64,000 nt of DNA, taken from the sequence record NC_049850.1. One strand, 5' to 3'. Below the pieces are notes generated by a model. The model did no database searches. It was not told the origin of the DNA and saw only the letters and a list, made by a program, of their open reading frames with translations. This document shows, in pieces, positions 1 through 8,985 of this stretch. How positions within the stretch are numbered: position 1 is the stretch's first letter; every line of letters starts with the position of its first letter. The translations under genes were made by a program, and so were the position numbers.

Positions 1-561
1 TGCGTCCTGATCTGCGAGTGCGCTCAGCCCGTTCTGGCTCCAGTACCAACCGGCACTCATGAACAGATCGGCAGCTTGCGTCACAAGGTCAGGATTGCTG
101 ACGACGCGCGTGTCCCCGTAGATGGCTTGGCTGTATGCCGTGTAGTTCGAGCGCCCCGTCAGGTGGAATGCACCTCGCCCGCGAAACAGCCAGCCATCAC
201 CAGAAGCCACGTTGCCGTTGCCCATGCGCGAGGCATAGACCAGATTCGCAAGCTTCTGCGGGTTGCCAACATAGCTCGGCGCATACGCCTTGCTGGTATC
301 GGCTTGGTTCATGGTGAACCGCGAAGGCCACACGGCGACCAGCCGTTCCGGCGTCGTGTAGTTCAAGTTCTCCACGAGCTTCGAGAAGCCCGCAGTCTCG
401 TACGCGGCTTGCGCCATGAAATAACGCACACGGCGCGGACTCGCGTCGATACCGAATTTTGCCATCGCCGTGTTTGCTGCGTCTGCCATCCCCTGAAGCT
501 GTGCGGCCGGAATTTGTGGCGCAAATTTTGCGAGTTGCGCGCTCGTGATTGCGTATGCCAT
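1..561 (-). CDS. GH19 (chitinase-like) endolysin, 3' end truncated by window edge
   Basis: Manual translation (not in ORF track): MAYAITSAQLAKFAP...YFMAQAAYETAGFSKLVENLNY...LANLVYASRMGNG...GDGWLFRGRGAFHLTGRSNY...SAGWYW. These are typical phage GH19 motifs. Start overlaps upstream stop (TAATG). Confidence 0.9.
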   Translation of the reverse strand, partial: MAYAITSAQLAKFAPQIPAAQLQGMADAANTAMAKFGIDASPRRVRYFMAQAAYETAGFSKLVENLNYTTPERLVAVWPSRFTMNQADTSKAYAPSYVGNPQKLANLVYASRMGNGNVASGDGWLFRGRGAFHLTGRSNYTAYSQAIYGDTRVVSNPDLVTQAADLFMSAGWYWSQNGLSALADQDA

Positions 562-1025
562 TAGTTCACCTCAAGAAATCCGATACGTGCGTCAACGACA
601 CCGTTCTTGAAAGGATTGAATTTGTAGATCATCTGAACGTGCGCCGTGTACGTGCCGGGGCGCAGGTTAGGAACTACCAGATCGATCTTCTCAAAAGCGA
701 AACCTTTGACCTCCACGTTCATGTGTTGCGGATACGTGTAGACGACGTTGCCTGCGGCGTCCGTCAAGAACACGTTGTAGACTGCACGTCGTTCGGTCTT
801 GCTTTCGACGATGAGTGGTGGGTGGATAGAAACTTCGGACCCCGCACTAACTTGGTAGGTGTCCCTGATTGACACCGTTGTCTCTGGCGCGGGTTCGACG
901 ATCCAGACACAGGCCAAGATCATGAGCACGACCATCACCCATGGCGATAGTCGTGTGATCCATTGATCGACCCATAGTCCGAAACCAAAAAGTGCGTGGT
1001 GGCCGTTTCCTGCGAGCGTCTTCAC
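561..1025 (-). CDS. Membrane-anchored protein with beta-rich C-terminal domain, inside lysis cassette
   Basis: One hydrophobic segment (WVMVVLMILACVWIV) followed by a beta-strand-rich domain; lies between holin and endolysin. Confidence 0.6.
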   Translation of the reverse strand: MKTLAGNGHHALFGFGLWVDQWITRLSPWVMVVLMILACVWIVEPAPETTVSIRDTYQVSAGSEVSIHPPLIVESKTERRAVYNVFLTDAAGNVVYTYPQHMNVEVKGFAFEKIDLVVPNLRPGTYTAHVQMIYKFNPFKNGVVDARIGFLEVN

Positions 1026-1026
1026 G

Positions 1027-1386
1027 TCATTCTCCTTTGTTTCCCTCAGTCGCCGGAGACTGGGCCGCGTCGTCCACCTTGAACCCCAGACTCTCCAAAC
1101 GTTTCGTGTAAAAGCTTTCGAACAGCGCGATTGCGCGTGTCCCCATGAGACCGGCCGTCGCGATCAGGATTGCTGCAATCGGCCCGTCGATGTTGAACCA
1201 CTCGCAAGCCCAGAACGTCATGAGACCCGCGAATCCCGCCGTGATCAGGTCGCGCACCAGCGTGACGAACCTGAAATCTTGCCCGTTGTTGAGGTACTTG
1301 ACTGCGCCTCCGAAAATCGCGAGTCCGAAAACCCACGCGTACGTGCTCAGTCCGTAGCCGAACGGGTCCTTGTCACCCTGAAACAT
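1027..1386 (-). CDS. Holin (LydA-like)
   Basis: 119 aa, 2-3 TM segments, KDP N-terminal motif, GFAGL and AGLMG motifs, charged C-tail; upstream of endolysin. Confidence 0.8.
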   Translation of the reverse strand: MFQGDKDPFGYGLSTYAWVFGLAIFGGAVKYLNNGQDFRFVTLVRDLITAGFAGLMTFWACEWFNIDGPIAAILIATAGLMGTRAIALFESFYTKRLESLGFKVDDAAQSPATEGNKGE

Positions 1387-1485
1387 GATCGTGCTCCATG
1401 TCAGTCACTCCTAGATTAACCCGTTATAAAATTGGCGAATCCCATAAAATTGGGCTAGTAAATAGACCGGCAACAGGAGAAAACT

Positions 1486-1788
1486 ATGAAATACGGCGTC
1501 ACTTTCTACTCGAACCTCAACGTCCTCAACCACGTGGACAACAGTCGAGAGGTTGGCATGTTTGTCAAATCTGTGTTAGAATCTGAGGATGCCCGAAACC
1601 CGCTTGAGAACATTGAACTTTTTCGCGCGGCACGTGATCGCCTGAATGTCGAGATCGAAAAGCGGTTCGGTTCGGGCATGGAAGTTGTGTTGTTGGACGC
1701 CGAGGATTTCGACTTCGAAGCCGACGAGTTCAGCGACGCGATCTGTGTCAGCGTCCGCTCAAAGGAGAAGGGATACACCGTGCAATGA
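1486..1788 (+). CDS. Hypothetical protein
   Basis: GGAG RBS; ATGA-coupled to the exonuclease. Confidence 0.7.
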   Translation: MKYGVTFYSNLNVLNHVDNSREVGMFVKSVLESEDARNPLENIELFRAARDRLNVEIEKRFGSGMEVVLLDAEDFDFEADEFSDAICVSVRSKEKGYTVQ

Positions 1789-2699
1789 AGAAGGGAAAGA
1801 AAGGAAAAATCTATGTGGCAGATGGGAACTGGCTGCTGCATCGCGTGTTCTTCACGTTGCGCACGCACCGACCCATAGAAGAGGCTCTGCCGTACGCGTT
1901 TCTGTCGTTGGTATGCAAGGACGCGATTGCGACGCGTGCCGATAGAATGCTCATCGCGTTCGACGGCCCCAAGGTGTTCCGGTACGCGCTTTATCCGGAG
2001 TACAAAGCAAATCGCGACGACAAGAAATCGAGTGGGCCCGTGGTTGACACGCAGTTCACGCAGCCGCAGGGCGATGTGTACGACTACCTGCCAGACGTGT
2101 ACAGACTGTTGACCGAGGCCGGTATCACGTACTTCCAGCCGCGCAAGTACGAGGCAGATGACGTGCTGCGCTCCGTGGTGCACGAATACGTACCTGAGTA
2201 CAGCGTCGTGTGCGGAGCGCAGGACAAGGACGACTACCAGTTTCTTGGCCCCGGTGTCTCGCTCTACGATTCGTCTCGCAAGGGGCCGGACGGCAAACCC
2301 AAGCCAGCGACGATCACCGCAAAGTCAGTGATGGAAGAGTTTGGGCTGACTCCAGCACAGTTTCTCCAGTACCAGATTCTGCTGGGCGATCCAATCGACA
2401 ACATACCGCGCATCGGAAATTTCAAGCCGCTAGGAATCCGAAAGAAATTGATCGAGCACGGTACGATTGCAGATTGGTACAAGGCAGAGCCGGACGATCA
2501 GCGAACGTTCGACGTGAACCGTGTGAAGATAGCGCTGAACCGGAAACTCGTGACACTGTGCAAAGGCGTGCTGCCGCCGTCTACTCCGGACGAGTGGAAG
2601 CCGCCCAAGGTAAAGAGTGACGAGGCGCACGGATTTCCTGAGACCTACCACGCGTGGCACTCGACGCTGTACCCGAAGTCTCGTGGCCTTTTCGGCTAA
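1785..2699 (+). CDS. 5'-3' exonuclease / flap endonuclease (PolA N-terminal, T4 RNase H-like)
   Basis: DGNWLLHR, AFDG, YPEYKANR, EADD, DKD and LLGDPIDNIP motifs. Confidence 0.92.
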   Translation: MKKGKKGKIYVADGNWLLHRVFFTLRTHRPIEEALPYAFLSLVCKDAIATRADRMLIAFDGPKVFRYALYPEYKANRDDKKSSGPVVDTQFTQPQGDVYDYLPDVYRLLTEAGITYFQPRKYEADDVLRSVVHEYVPEYSVVCGAQDKDDYQFLGPGVSLYDSSRKGPDGKPKPATITAKSVMEEFGLTPAQFLQYQILLGDPIDNIPRIGNFKPLGIRKKLIEHGTIADWYKAEPDDQRTFDVNRVKIALNRKLVTLCKGVLPPSTPDEWKPPKVKSDEAHGFPETYHAWHSTLYPKSRGLFG

Positions 2700-2700
2700 A

Positions 2701-2740
2701 GAAAAACCCCACATGGACCGCAATCCATGTGGGGTTTTTG
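2701..2740. terminator. Bidirectional intrinsic terminator
   Basis: AAAAACCCCACATGGA-CCGCAA-TCCATGTGGGGTTTTT between convergent genes. Confidence 0.9.
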
Positions 2741-2742
2741 TG

Positions 2743-5178
2743 TTACGCGGAGCCCTTCAGGGTGAAGGCCGCGCTTGCGAGTGCCGTGTCGGCTGCGAGC
2801 GGGCCGACAACCAGCAGCGTGTCGCCTGCTGCCAGATTAAGGGCTGACGCCATCGTAAAGGTGGGCCGATTTGCGCCTACAGCCCAGTTGATGGTGCCTA
2901 CCGTGGTTGCCGTCGTGCTGCCAGCCGGGATGCGCTGGATGTTGAACGTGGTAGCCGCAGCCGCGCCCGTCTGCGCATAACCAGAACTGCCGGTCAAGCC
3001 AGCCGGAAGTGTGACTGCACGCGTGATCGGCATTTGCAGCACGATCTGCGAAGCCGTCATGGTGCCGCTCACACCGCCTGCAATGTCGTACGCCTGTGCA
3101 GGAGAGGTGCCGCTAACCTTGATCCAGTTCGTGTTGAACGCCAGCACTATATCCCCGACAGCCCAGCTACTCGTACCGTCTAGGCTGGTAGTACCGGCCA
3201 CCGTTACTCGGTAGGCCGAACCGTTGCCCGGAACAGTCTGGTACACTTGCTGGCCTGCGGCCTGCCGGAATGCCGTATCGATGGTTTGCTGACCGCCCGT
3301 CAACAGCGCCGTGTTCGGGTCGATGGTGCCAAGACCCTGATACTGGGACACGTGGTTAGCGCTGGCATCCCAGTCACCGATCACGTACACGGCCCCGAGA
3401 GGCAGTTGTGCGCGAGGCACGCGACCATACACGTAGCCATCTGTGGGGCCCGCGCTGCCCGTGTTCTGGTCAAGCGTGGCCACGCCTCCGGGCTGACCCT
3501 TCTGCGTAGTGGGTATAGCACCAACGTCGGAGGCGCTGAGCACTATGTTGGCATTGCTATAGCCGTTGACTGTTTGAATCTGGGTCTTCAGCAGGCCCGT
3601 TGAGTCGACGGTTAGACCCGCGCCCACGATCACGGCACCCAGCGTCGTGGTCGTCGCAATCGGAATCGAGCCGTTAGGAACCGTGTTCCATGCACCCCAC
3701 GTGTTGTTGACGCACGCGCGGTAGGCCATGCGCGTGCCCGATTTCCACGTTTGCACCACATCACCGCCAGTTCCAGTTGTCGTGAACGGCGCGACTTCTA
3801 GGATAGCAGCATCGGTTGCTGCGTTCGGCGTATTGAAGAGTGAGCTAACATCGGCAGAAAGCACAAAAAACAGGCCGGTCTGCTTATAAGCATTCATGTC
3901 AGCAGCGGCCGGTATTCTTGTTGGATGAACAAGACCAACTGTGGTATCCTGCACGACCACGTTTCCGTTTGCGTCGGGACCCACACCGTTCACAGTCATC
4001 ACGGGGCTGATGCCTAGGTCGAGGGTGCCGTCCCCAGCAATCGTGATGTGACCGTTGGTCGGGGCCTTCACACCACCAAGCGTCGTGGTAGTGGCCACCG
4101 GCAGCGTGTACGGCACCGGCTTGTTTATCAGGTCGTTGTAGTCACCCGTGGCCGCTACCCGCGCCGCATCCGGAATGTCCCCGATCTTCAGGTTCACGTC
4201 CCCGGTCTTTCCGTTGACGCTGGTAACCGGGAAGATGCTCGAATTCACGTTCAGCACGCCTTGCGTGGTGATGGTCAGCGTGTTGCCCACGATCACGGCA
4301 CCAAGATCAGTGTGCGTCGCAATCGGCAGGTTCGGAATCGTGGTGCTCAATGCCTGTCGGCCGAACACCACGATTTTGTCACCGACCGCAGGCAACTGCG
4401 CCAGCGGAGACGAAAACTGGAGCGTGGCGTCGGTCGAGGTCGTGATGACGCCCGTGACGTAGCGACAGAAGCTGAAGTTCTGGCCCGTCGCAAATTCAGC
4501 AATGATCTCGCCTGTGTACGCAGGGCTCATGCCCGGCACGTAGTCAGCAAGCGCGATCTTCACGGATTGCGTACCGACACCAGTGATCGTGGCCATCGCC
4601 TGATATGCGTAGTCGTACGCATCAAAGTTCCAGAGGCCGGAGCGGTCGGTGTAGGCGATGAACGCGGACTGTTTCTGGTCGACGCCCGTGATGATGTAAG
4701 CGTTCGGCGTTGCGTTGCTCGATTGCGGCAACTGATCCGGAGACCCGAGAACCGCCATCCGAAACTGGTTGTTCGATTCAGCCGTGTCGAGCCACATTTC
4801 GTAGTTCGTATCCACGACCGACAGGAATTCGTCGATGCGAATGGCGTTGCCGAGGCCCGGGCTCGATACCGATTCCTTTGTGATCAGTTTGTTCGAGACC
4901 GCGAGCGAGAAAAGTGTGTTGCCCACGTACATACCGATCTCACCGAACGCAAACGGTCCGAGTGAGTAATCGAGGTACGCGCTGTACTTCACGACGTTCG
5001 GATTTACTACGAACGGTGCTGTCGGCACGCCCTCGTAAATAGTATTGCCGTGGATATCAACGTCGCTTGGGCTTGGCGTGTAGTTGTACTGGTCGCCAAT
5101 TTTGAACGACGTGATGGTGATCGGGCCGGTGGCCGCCCTGATCAGGGCTTCCCCGGCCGTTGTGAGTTGTACGAACAT
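2743..5178 (-). CDS. Tail fibre protein
   Basis: N-terminal QLTTAGEAL...ITITSFKIGD baseplate-attachment-type domain; three P(I/V)ATxTxLGxV repeats each followed by a (T/S)VNG motif; knob-like DMNAYKQTG...TWGAWN segment; Gly/Thr/Ala rich. Confidence 0.88.
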   Translation of the reverse strand: MFVQLTTAGEALIRAATGPITITSFKIGDQYNYTPSPSDVDIHGNTIYEGVPTAPFVVNPNVVKYSAYLDYSLGPFAFGEIGMYVGNTLFSLAVSNKLITKESVSSPGLGNAIRIDEFLSVVDTNYEMWLDTAESNNQFRMAVLGSPDQLPQSSNATPNAYIITGVDQKQSAFIAYTDRSGLWNFDAYDYAYQAMATITGVGTQSVKIALADYVPGMSPAYTGEIIAEFATGQNFSFCRYVTGVITTSTDATLQFSSPLAQLPAVGDKIVVFGRQALSTTIPNLPIATHTDLGAVIVGNTLTITTQGVLNVNSSIFPVTSVNGKTGDVNLKIGDIPDAARVAATGDYNDLINKPVPYTLPVATTTTLGGVKAPTNGHITIAGDGTLDLGISPVMTVNGVGPDANGNVVVQDTTVGLVHPTRIPAAADMNAYKQTGLFFVLSADVSSLFNTPNAATDAAILEVAPFTTTGTGGDVVQTWKSGTRMAYRACVNNTWGAWNTVPNGSIPIATTTTLGAVIVGAGLTVDSTGLLKTQIQTVNGYSNANIVLSASDVGAIPTTQKGQPGGVATLDQNTGSAGPTDGYVYGRVPRAQLPLGAVYVIGDWDASANHVSQYQGLGTIDPNTALLTGGQQTIDTAFRQAAGQQVYQTVPGNGSAYRVTVAGTTSLDGTSSWAVGDIVLAFNTNWIKVSGTSPAQAYDIAGGVSGTMTASQIVLQMPITRAVTLPAGLTGSSGYAQTGAAAATTFNIQRIPAGSTTATTVGTINWAVGANRPTFTMASALNLAAGDTLLVVGPLAADTALASAAFTLKGSA

Positions 5179-5224
5179 AGTTTCTCCTGACGTGTTGTTT
5201 GCGTCTCCTTATTAAATTGACAAG

Positions 5225-6154
5225 ATGGCAATCCTCAAACCGATAGCCACGCAAACCCTTGCACGTTCGATCACGAAGCTGTACAGGGATGCCGTGGCAA
5301 ATTACCACCGGGCCGAACTCGGGGACCCGACGCGCGTGCTGTTCTTGCGCCCGTCGCAACTCCCATTCTGCCCAGCCGACTTTTTCGTCCAAAACGCGGC
5401 CCATGGGACGATGCGCAGCCTAGACTTTGCAGGCTGCTTCTACACCAGTGTCGGGACCGTGGTCCATGAGGTGTTGCAGCAGGCGCTGTGTCTCTCGGGC
5501 AAGCTGCTGGCCAATTACGAGTGCAAAGAATGCGGAACGTGGCACAACATGTCGTACAAGTACGAATGTTGCGGATTCCCCACGACCTACCACGAACTGA
5601 GCATCAAGTACAAGGGCATAAGCGGCCACATCGACGGCGTGCTCGACATGGGCGATGGCACGCACTCGGTTATCGACTTCAAGACGACTGGCGTCAATGC
5701 GGCGGCCAAGAAAGCGAAAGACCCGGGCGTCGTGTACGTCGAACAGATTGAGGCGTACGCCGTACTTCTCGAACTTCAATACGGGTTGAAAATTTCAGGA
5801 ATTTCTGATATCTTCGTACTTCGCGACAATCCGACCAAGGACCCTGCGATCTTCACGCGCGCGATCACGGATGAACGCCGTTCGGTGATCAAGAAGCGGC
5901 TGAAACGCTACCTGAAGATGCACCGCGAGACGTTGGACGTGTCGACGCTGAAAGAGGCGCTGGCGCTGCTCGAATACGACCGGTGCACCAACCCCTACTG
6001 CCCGGTCTGCAAGCTGGATGACGAGGGCCGACGCCGGGAAGTCAAGAAGGCGTACAAGCTGGGCAAAGCCGCTGGCCACGTTCCGATCCGGGGCATGGCA
6101 GAGCGTGCAATCGCGGCCAAAGCCGCAAGCAGCAAGAAAAAGAAAGCCGCCTAG
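5225..6154 (+). CDS. Cas4/AddB-like PD-(D/E)xK exonuclease
   Basis: RPSQLPFCP, GTVVH, ISGHIDG, VIDFKT, QIEAY; split 4-Cys set (FCP ... CTNPYCPVC); extra CKEC...ECC insert. Confidence 0.8.
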   Translation: MAILKPIATQTLARSITKLYRDAVANYHRAELGDPTRVLFLRPSQLPFCPADFFVQNAAHGTMRSLDFAGCFYTSVGTVVHEVLQQALCLSGKLLANYECKECGTWHNMSYKYECCGFPTTYHELSIKYKGISGHIDGVLDMGDGTHSVIDFKTTGVNAAAKKAKDPGVVYVEQIEAYAVLLELQYGLKISGISDIFVLRDNPTKDPAIFTRAITDERRSVIKKRLKRYLKMHRETLDVSTLKEALALLEYDRCTNPYCPVCKLDDEGRRREVKKAYKLGKAAGHVPIRGMAERAIAAKAASSKKKKAA

Positions 6155-6167
6155 TAAATAGGTGGTG

Positions 6168-6190
6168 CAGGGGCCTAGGCCCCTGTTTTT
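6168..6190 (+). terminator. Intrinsic terminator
   Basis: Perfect palindrome CAGGGGCCTAGGCCCCTG followed by TTTTT. Confidence 0.8.
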
Positions 6191-6205
6191 CGTTCTGGAG
6201 GAAGA

Positions 6206-6421
6206 ATGGATTACGTTGTGCGGTATCAACGACGCTGTGTCCCAAGCGCTGATCGCATGCGCCCGATGGCCCAGTTCCCGGGTGTCGTAAAGCTGGATCG
6301 GGTCGCGATGACGCTCGTGCGTGTCACGTGTGAGGGCGACCACGCGGCGTTTCTCGCGGCCACCGATCCGGAAGGCCCGACCTACGACTGGAAACGGATG
6401 CCGCAGGATCAGGGCAAATGA
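6206..6421 (+). CDS. Hypothetical protein
   Basis: GGAGG RBS; coupled to next gene. Confidence 0.6.
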   Translation: MDYVVRYQRRCVPSADRMRPMAQFPGVVKLDRVAMTLVRVTCEGDHAAFLAATDPEGPTYDWKRMPQDQGK

Positions 6422-6738
6422 ACCACCCGCTTGTCCGGAACCAAAAAGACGAGTATGATGTGTACATTGGCCGACCCTCGCGTTGGGGAAATCCGTTTTC
6501 CCTTGAGGGCGGCACTCGCAAGCAGGTTCTAGCCCTGCATCGTAAGTGGATCGACGGCCTGATTGAAGCGCCGTGCGGAACACGACCTCCAACCCGCGCT
6601 GAAATACGCAGAGAGTTGCGTGGCAAACGCTTGGGCTGCTTCTGCCGCCCGCGCGCCTGTCACGGTGACTATCTTGCGGAGATCGCGAACGCGAGCACTG
6701 GAGGTGGTCTTTTTGCCAATGTGAGGAAAAAGTCTTGA
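6418..6738 (+). CDS. DUF4326-family protein
   Basis: VYIGRPSRWGNPF and RGKRLGCFCRPRACHGDYL motifs. Confidence 0.85.
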   Translation: MNHPLVRNQKDEYDVYIGRPSRWGNPFSLEGGTRKQVLALHRKWIDGLIEAPCGTRPPTRAEIRRELRGKRLGCFCRPRACHGDYLAEIANASTGGGLFANVRKKS

Positions 6739-6801
6739 CCCTTGACGAATTTGCTGGAGATTGGCAGCAGTTGATCAAGAATTTCGTGGCCGACTATAAG
6801 G

Positions 6802-7824
6802 ATGGCGGCCGTAAGAACAAGCAGACGCAGGTACGCCCTGCCGAACAATGGATGGAGTTGCTGGATGACTACGTTGAACACAACACCGACTTCGGCGGCC
6901 TTCGCAGGTGATCCGGATATCGCGGCCCTAGGCAAATCGATTGCGGAGTTTATCCGCCTCAGCATGGACCGCAAAGGCTTCATGCGCACGCTGAGCGAGC
7001 AGACGGAGTTTGCGCGCACCCTGCACACGTGCCCGGAGTACGGACATGACGAATGGTGCGAAGCGCGTGCGATCCTGCGCCGGGCGGCCAAGCGCGGTGC
7101 CCGACTCGCGAGCCTTCCGTATAACAGACGCCTGCGGATCGTACTGCGGGAACTCAGGAGGAATAAGCAGCAATGAAGATCAGACGAATCTCAGTGTCCC
7201 TGTCGAAGACGATTCAGGCGGCACGGTTCGAGCCCGTTGAGGTGGGCTTCTCCATCGACGCCGATCTCGAAGATGACGACGACCTCGCAGAGGCGCGCGC
7301 CGAACTCTACAAGGAAGCATCGAAGTCGGTACGGCTGATGATGAAGCGCGATCTCAAGACGTGGCGCGCAGAACACGACCAATGGCATGAGGAAAATTCG
7401 TGATGACTACAGAAGATGTGAAGCAAGCATTCGCCACATTCCGGTCTACCGGCACCGTGAGCGTGATGAAGACTGCCGTCGACGCGCTGGTGTCGGACGC
7501 CAAGTTCCTCGTCAAGTCCGGTGAGTTCGACATTCTTCCGGGTGACGCGCAGGACCACATCGAGCAGGCAGAAGATGCGCTACGCAGTGCCGCGTGGTAT
7601 CTGGATGCCGCTCTGTACGCACTCGGGAACTCGCGCCAATGACACCGCAGCAACTGAAGAAAGCAGCGATGTACCTGTGCGCGCTGCGCGGACTCGATCC
7701 GAACGAGTTGGTGGCCCCAGACCCGAACGCACACCACACCGTCTACCAGTGGCGTCTGGCCGCTGACGAGATCGAGGCGCACCAGCAAATCGAAGCCGCT
7801 ATCTACCACGCAACAAAAGGGTAA
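6802..7824 (+). CDS. Run of 4 small hypothetical proteins (6802-7176, 7173-7403, 7400-7642, 7639-7824)
   Basis: Chain of 4-nt start/stop overlaps; start of first ORF uncertain. Confidence 0.65.
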
Positions 7825-7827
7825 TTG

Positions 7828-8982
7828 ATGTTCGCAAACGCAAAGAAGAAAACCGCAGCCACAACCGTGGACACGGAGCAGCATGCGCTGCATCGCAAGT
7901 ACCGTCCGACGAAGCTCGACCGCTATCTGGGTCAGGAAGCTGTGGTGACGCGCATCCGTGGCATGCTCGAAACCGGAAAAATTCCGAGCGCGATGGCGTT
8001 CTTCGGGCCGCGTGCCGCAGGCAAGACGACGCTCGCGCGTATCATCGCGACCGAGGTCAACGGTAAGCCTGTCGAGAAGCAGGGCGACTACAAGGAACTG
8101 AACGCCGCGACCCAGAAGGGCATCGACGACGTACGGGAACTCGAAAAGCTGTCGAAATTCCGCGCCATGTCAAAGCGCCGCTTCATCGTCATCGACGAGG
8201 CCCAGCAATGGCTGTCGAACGCACAGGCGGCACAGGCCGTACTCAAGCCGCTGGAAGAGCCGTCGAAGGATACGACGTGGATCATCTGTTCGATGGAGCC
8301 GGAGCGCTTCAACGCCACTGAAGTAGGCCGCGCCATCCTCTCGCGCTGCACCCAGTACGTGCTGGACGCGCCCACGGTTTCCGATCTCGGGAAGCAGGCC
8401 CTGCGAATCGCCAAGGGCGAGGGCATGGACTACGTGCTGGACGAAGATCGCGCGATCATCAAGCAGGTGGCCAAGAACTGCAACGGGAACATGCGTGAAC
8501 TCGCAAACCTGATGCAGTCGCTTCAGCAGTTCTACGACGGCATTCATGGCAAGAAGCCCAAGCTCCTGACACCGGAGGACGTGACCACAGCAATCGCAAG
8601 TACCGTTAGCGCCGACGAGAAGCTGGCAATCCAGTTCATGGTCGCTGCGTACTCGCGCAACTACGCAGATGCGTACGCGGCCCTGCTCGACGTGAGCGAT
8701 CAGTTCGGATTCGTGAAGAAGCTGGTGTGGATCGCCCAGTTCATCATGGGCATGGACGTGCTCAACGGGGCCAAGCATCCGAAGCTGTGGTGGAACACGG
8801 CAAACAAGGCAGTGTATGCAGAAGTCAAGAAGATGGGCCTGAACCGTGGCTTCAAGGCCGCTGTGCTGGCCAAGCTTCTGCACGTGCAGGCACAGGCAGG
8901 TCAGTTTGCGATCCCCGCTACCGATCTGCTGGCCGCACACTCGTACGACCTTTTCATCGAACTCGACCGACACGCAAAGTAA
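7828..8982 (+). CDS. dnaX: Clamp-loader ATPase, DNA Pol III gamma/tau (DnaX)-like
   Basis: LHRKYRP, Walker A GPRAAGKTT, GIDDVR, Walker B IVIDEAQ, ILSRC arginine-finger motif; the Zn module of bacterial DnaX is absent. Confidence 0.88.
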   Translation: MFANAKKKTAATTVDTEQHALHRKYRPTKLDRYLGQEAVVTRIRGMLETGKIPSAMAFFGPRAAGKTTLARIIATEVNGKPVEKQGDYKELNAATQKGIDDVRELEKLSKFRAMSKRRFIVIDEAQQWLSNAQAAQAVLKPLEEPSKDTTWIICSMEPERFNATEVGRAILSRCTQYVLDAPTVSDLGKQALRIAKGEGMDYVLDEDRAIIKQVAKNCNGNMRELANLMQSLQQFYDGIHGKKPKLLTPEDVTTAIASTVSADEKLAIQFMVAAYSRNYADAYAALLDVSDQFGFVKKLVWIAQFIMGMDVLNGAKHPKLWWNTANKAVYAEVKKMGLNRGFKAAVLAKLLHVQAQAGQFAIPATDLLAAHSYDLFIELDRHAK

Positions 8983-8985
8983 CCT

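Noticed and set aside
561-1025. Spanin assignment
   Set aside because: No lipobox and no coiled-coil periplasmic region
6736-6780. TTGACC/TTGACG hexamers upstream of 6802
   Set aside because: No TAnnnT element at 16-18 nt spacing
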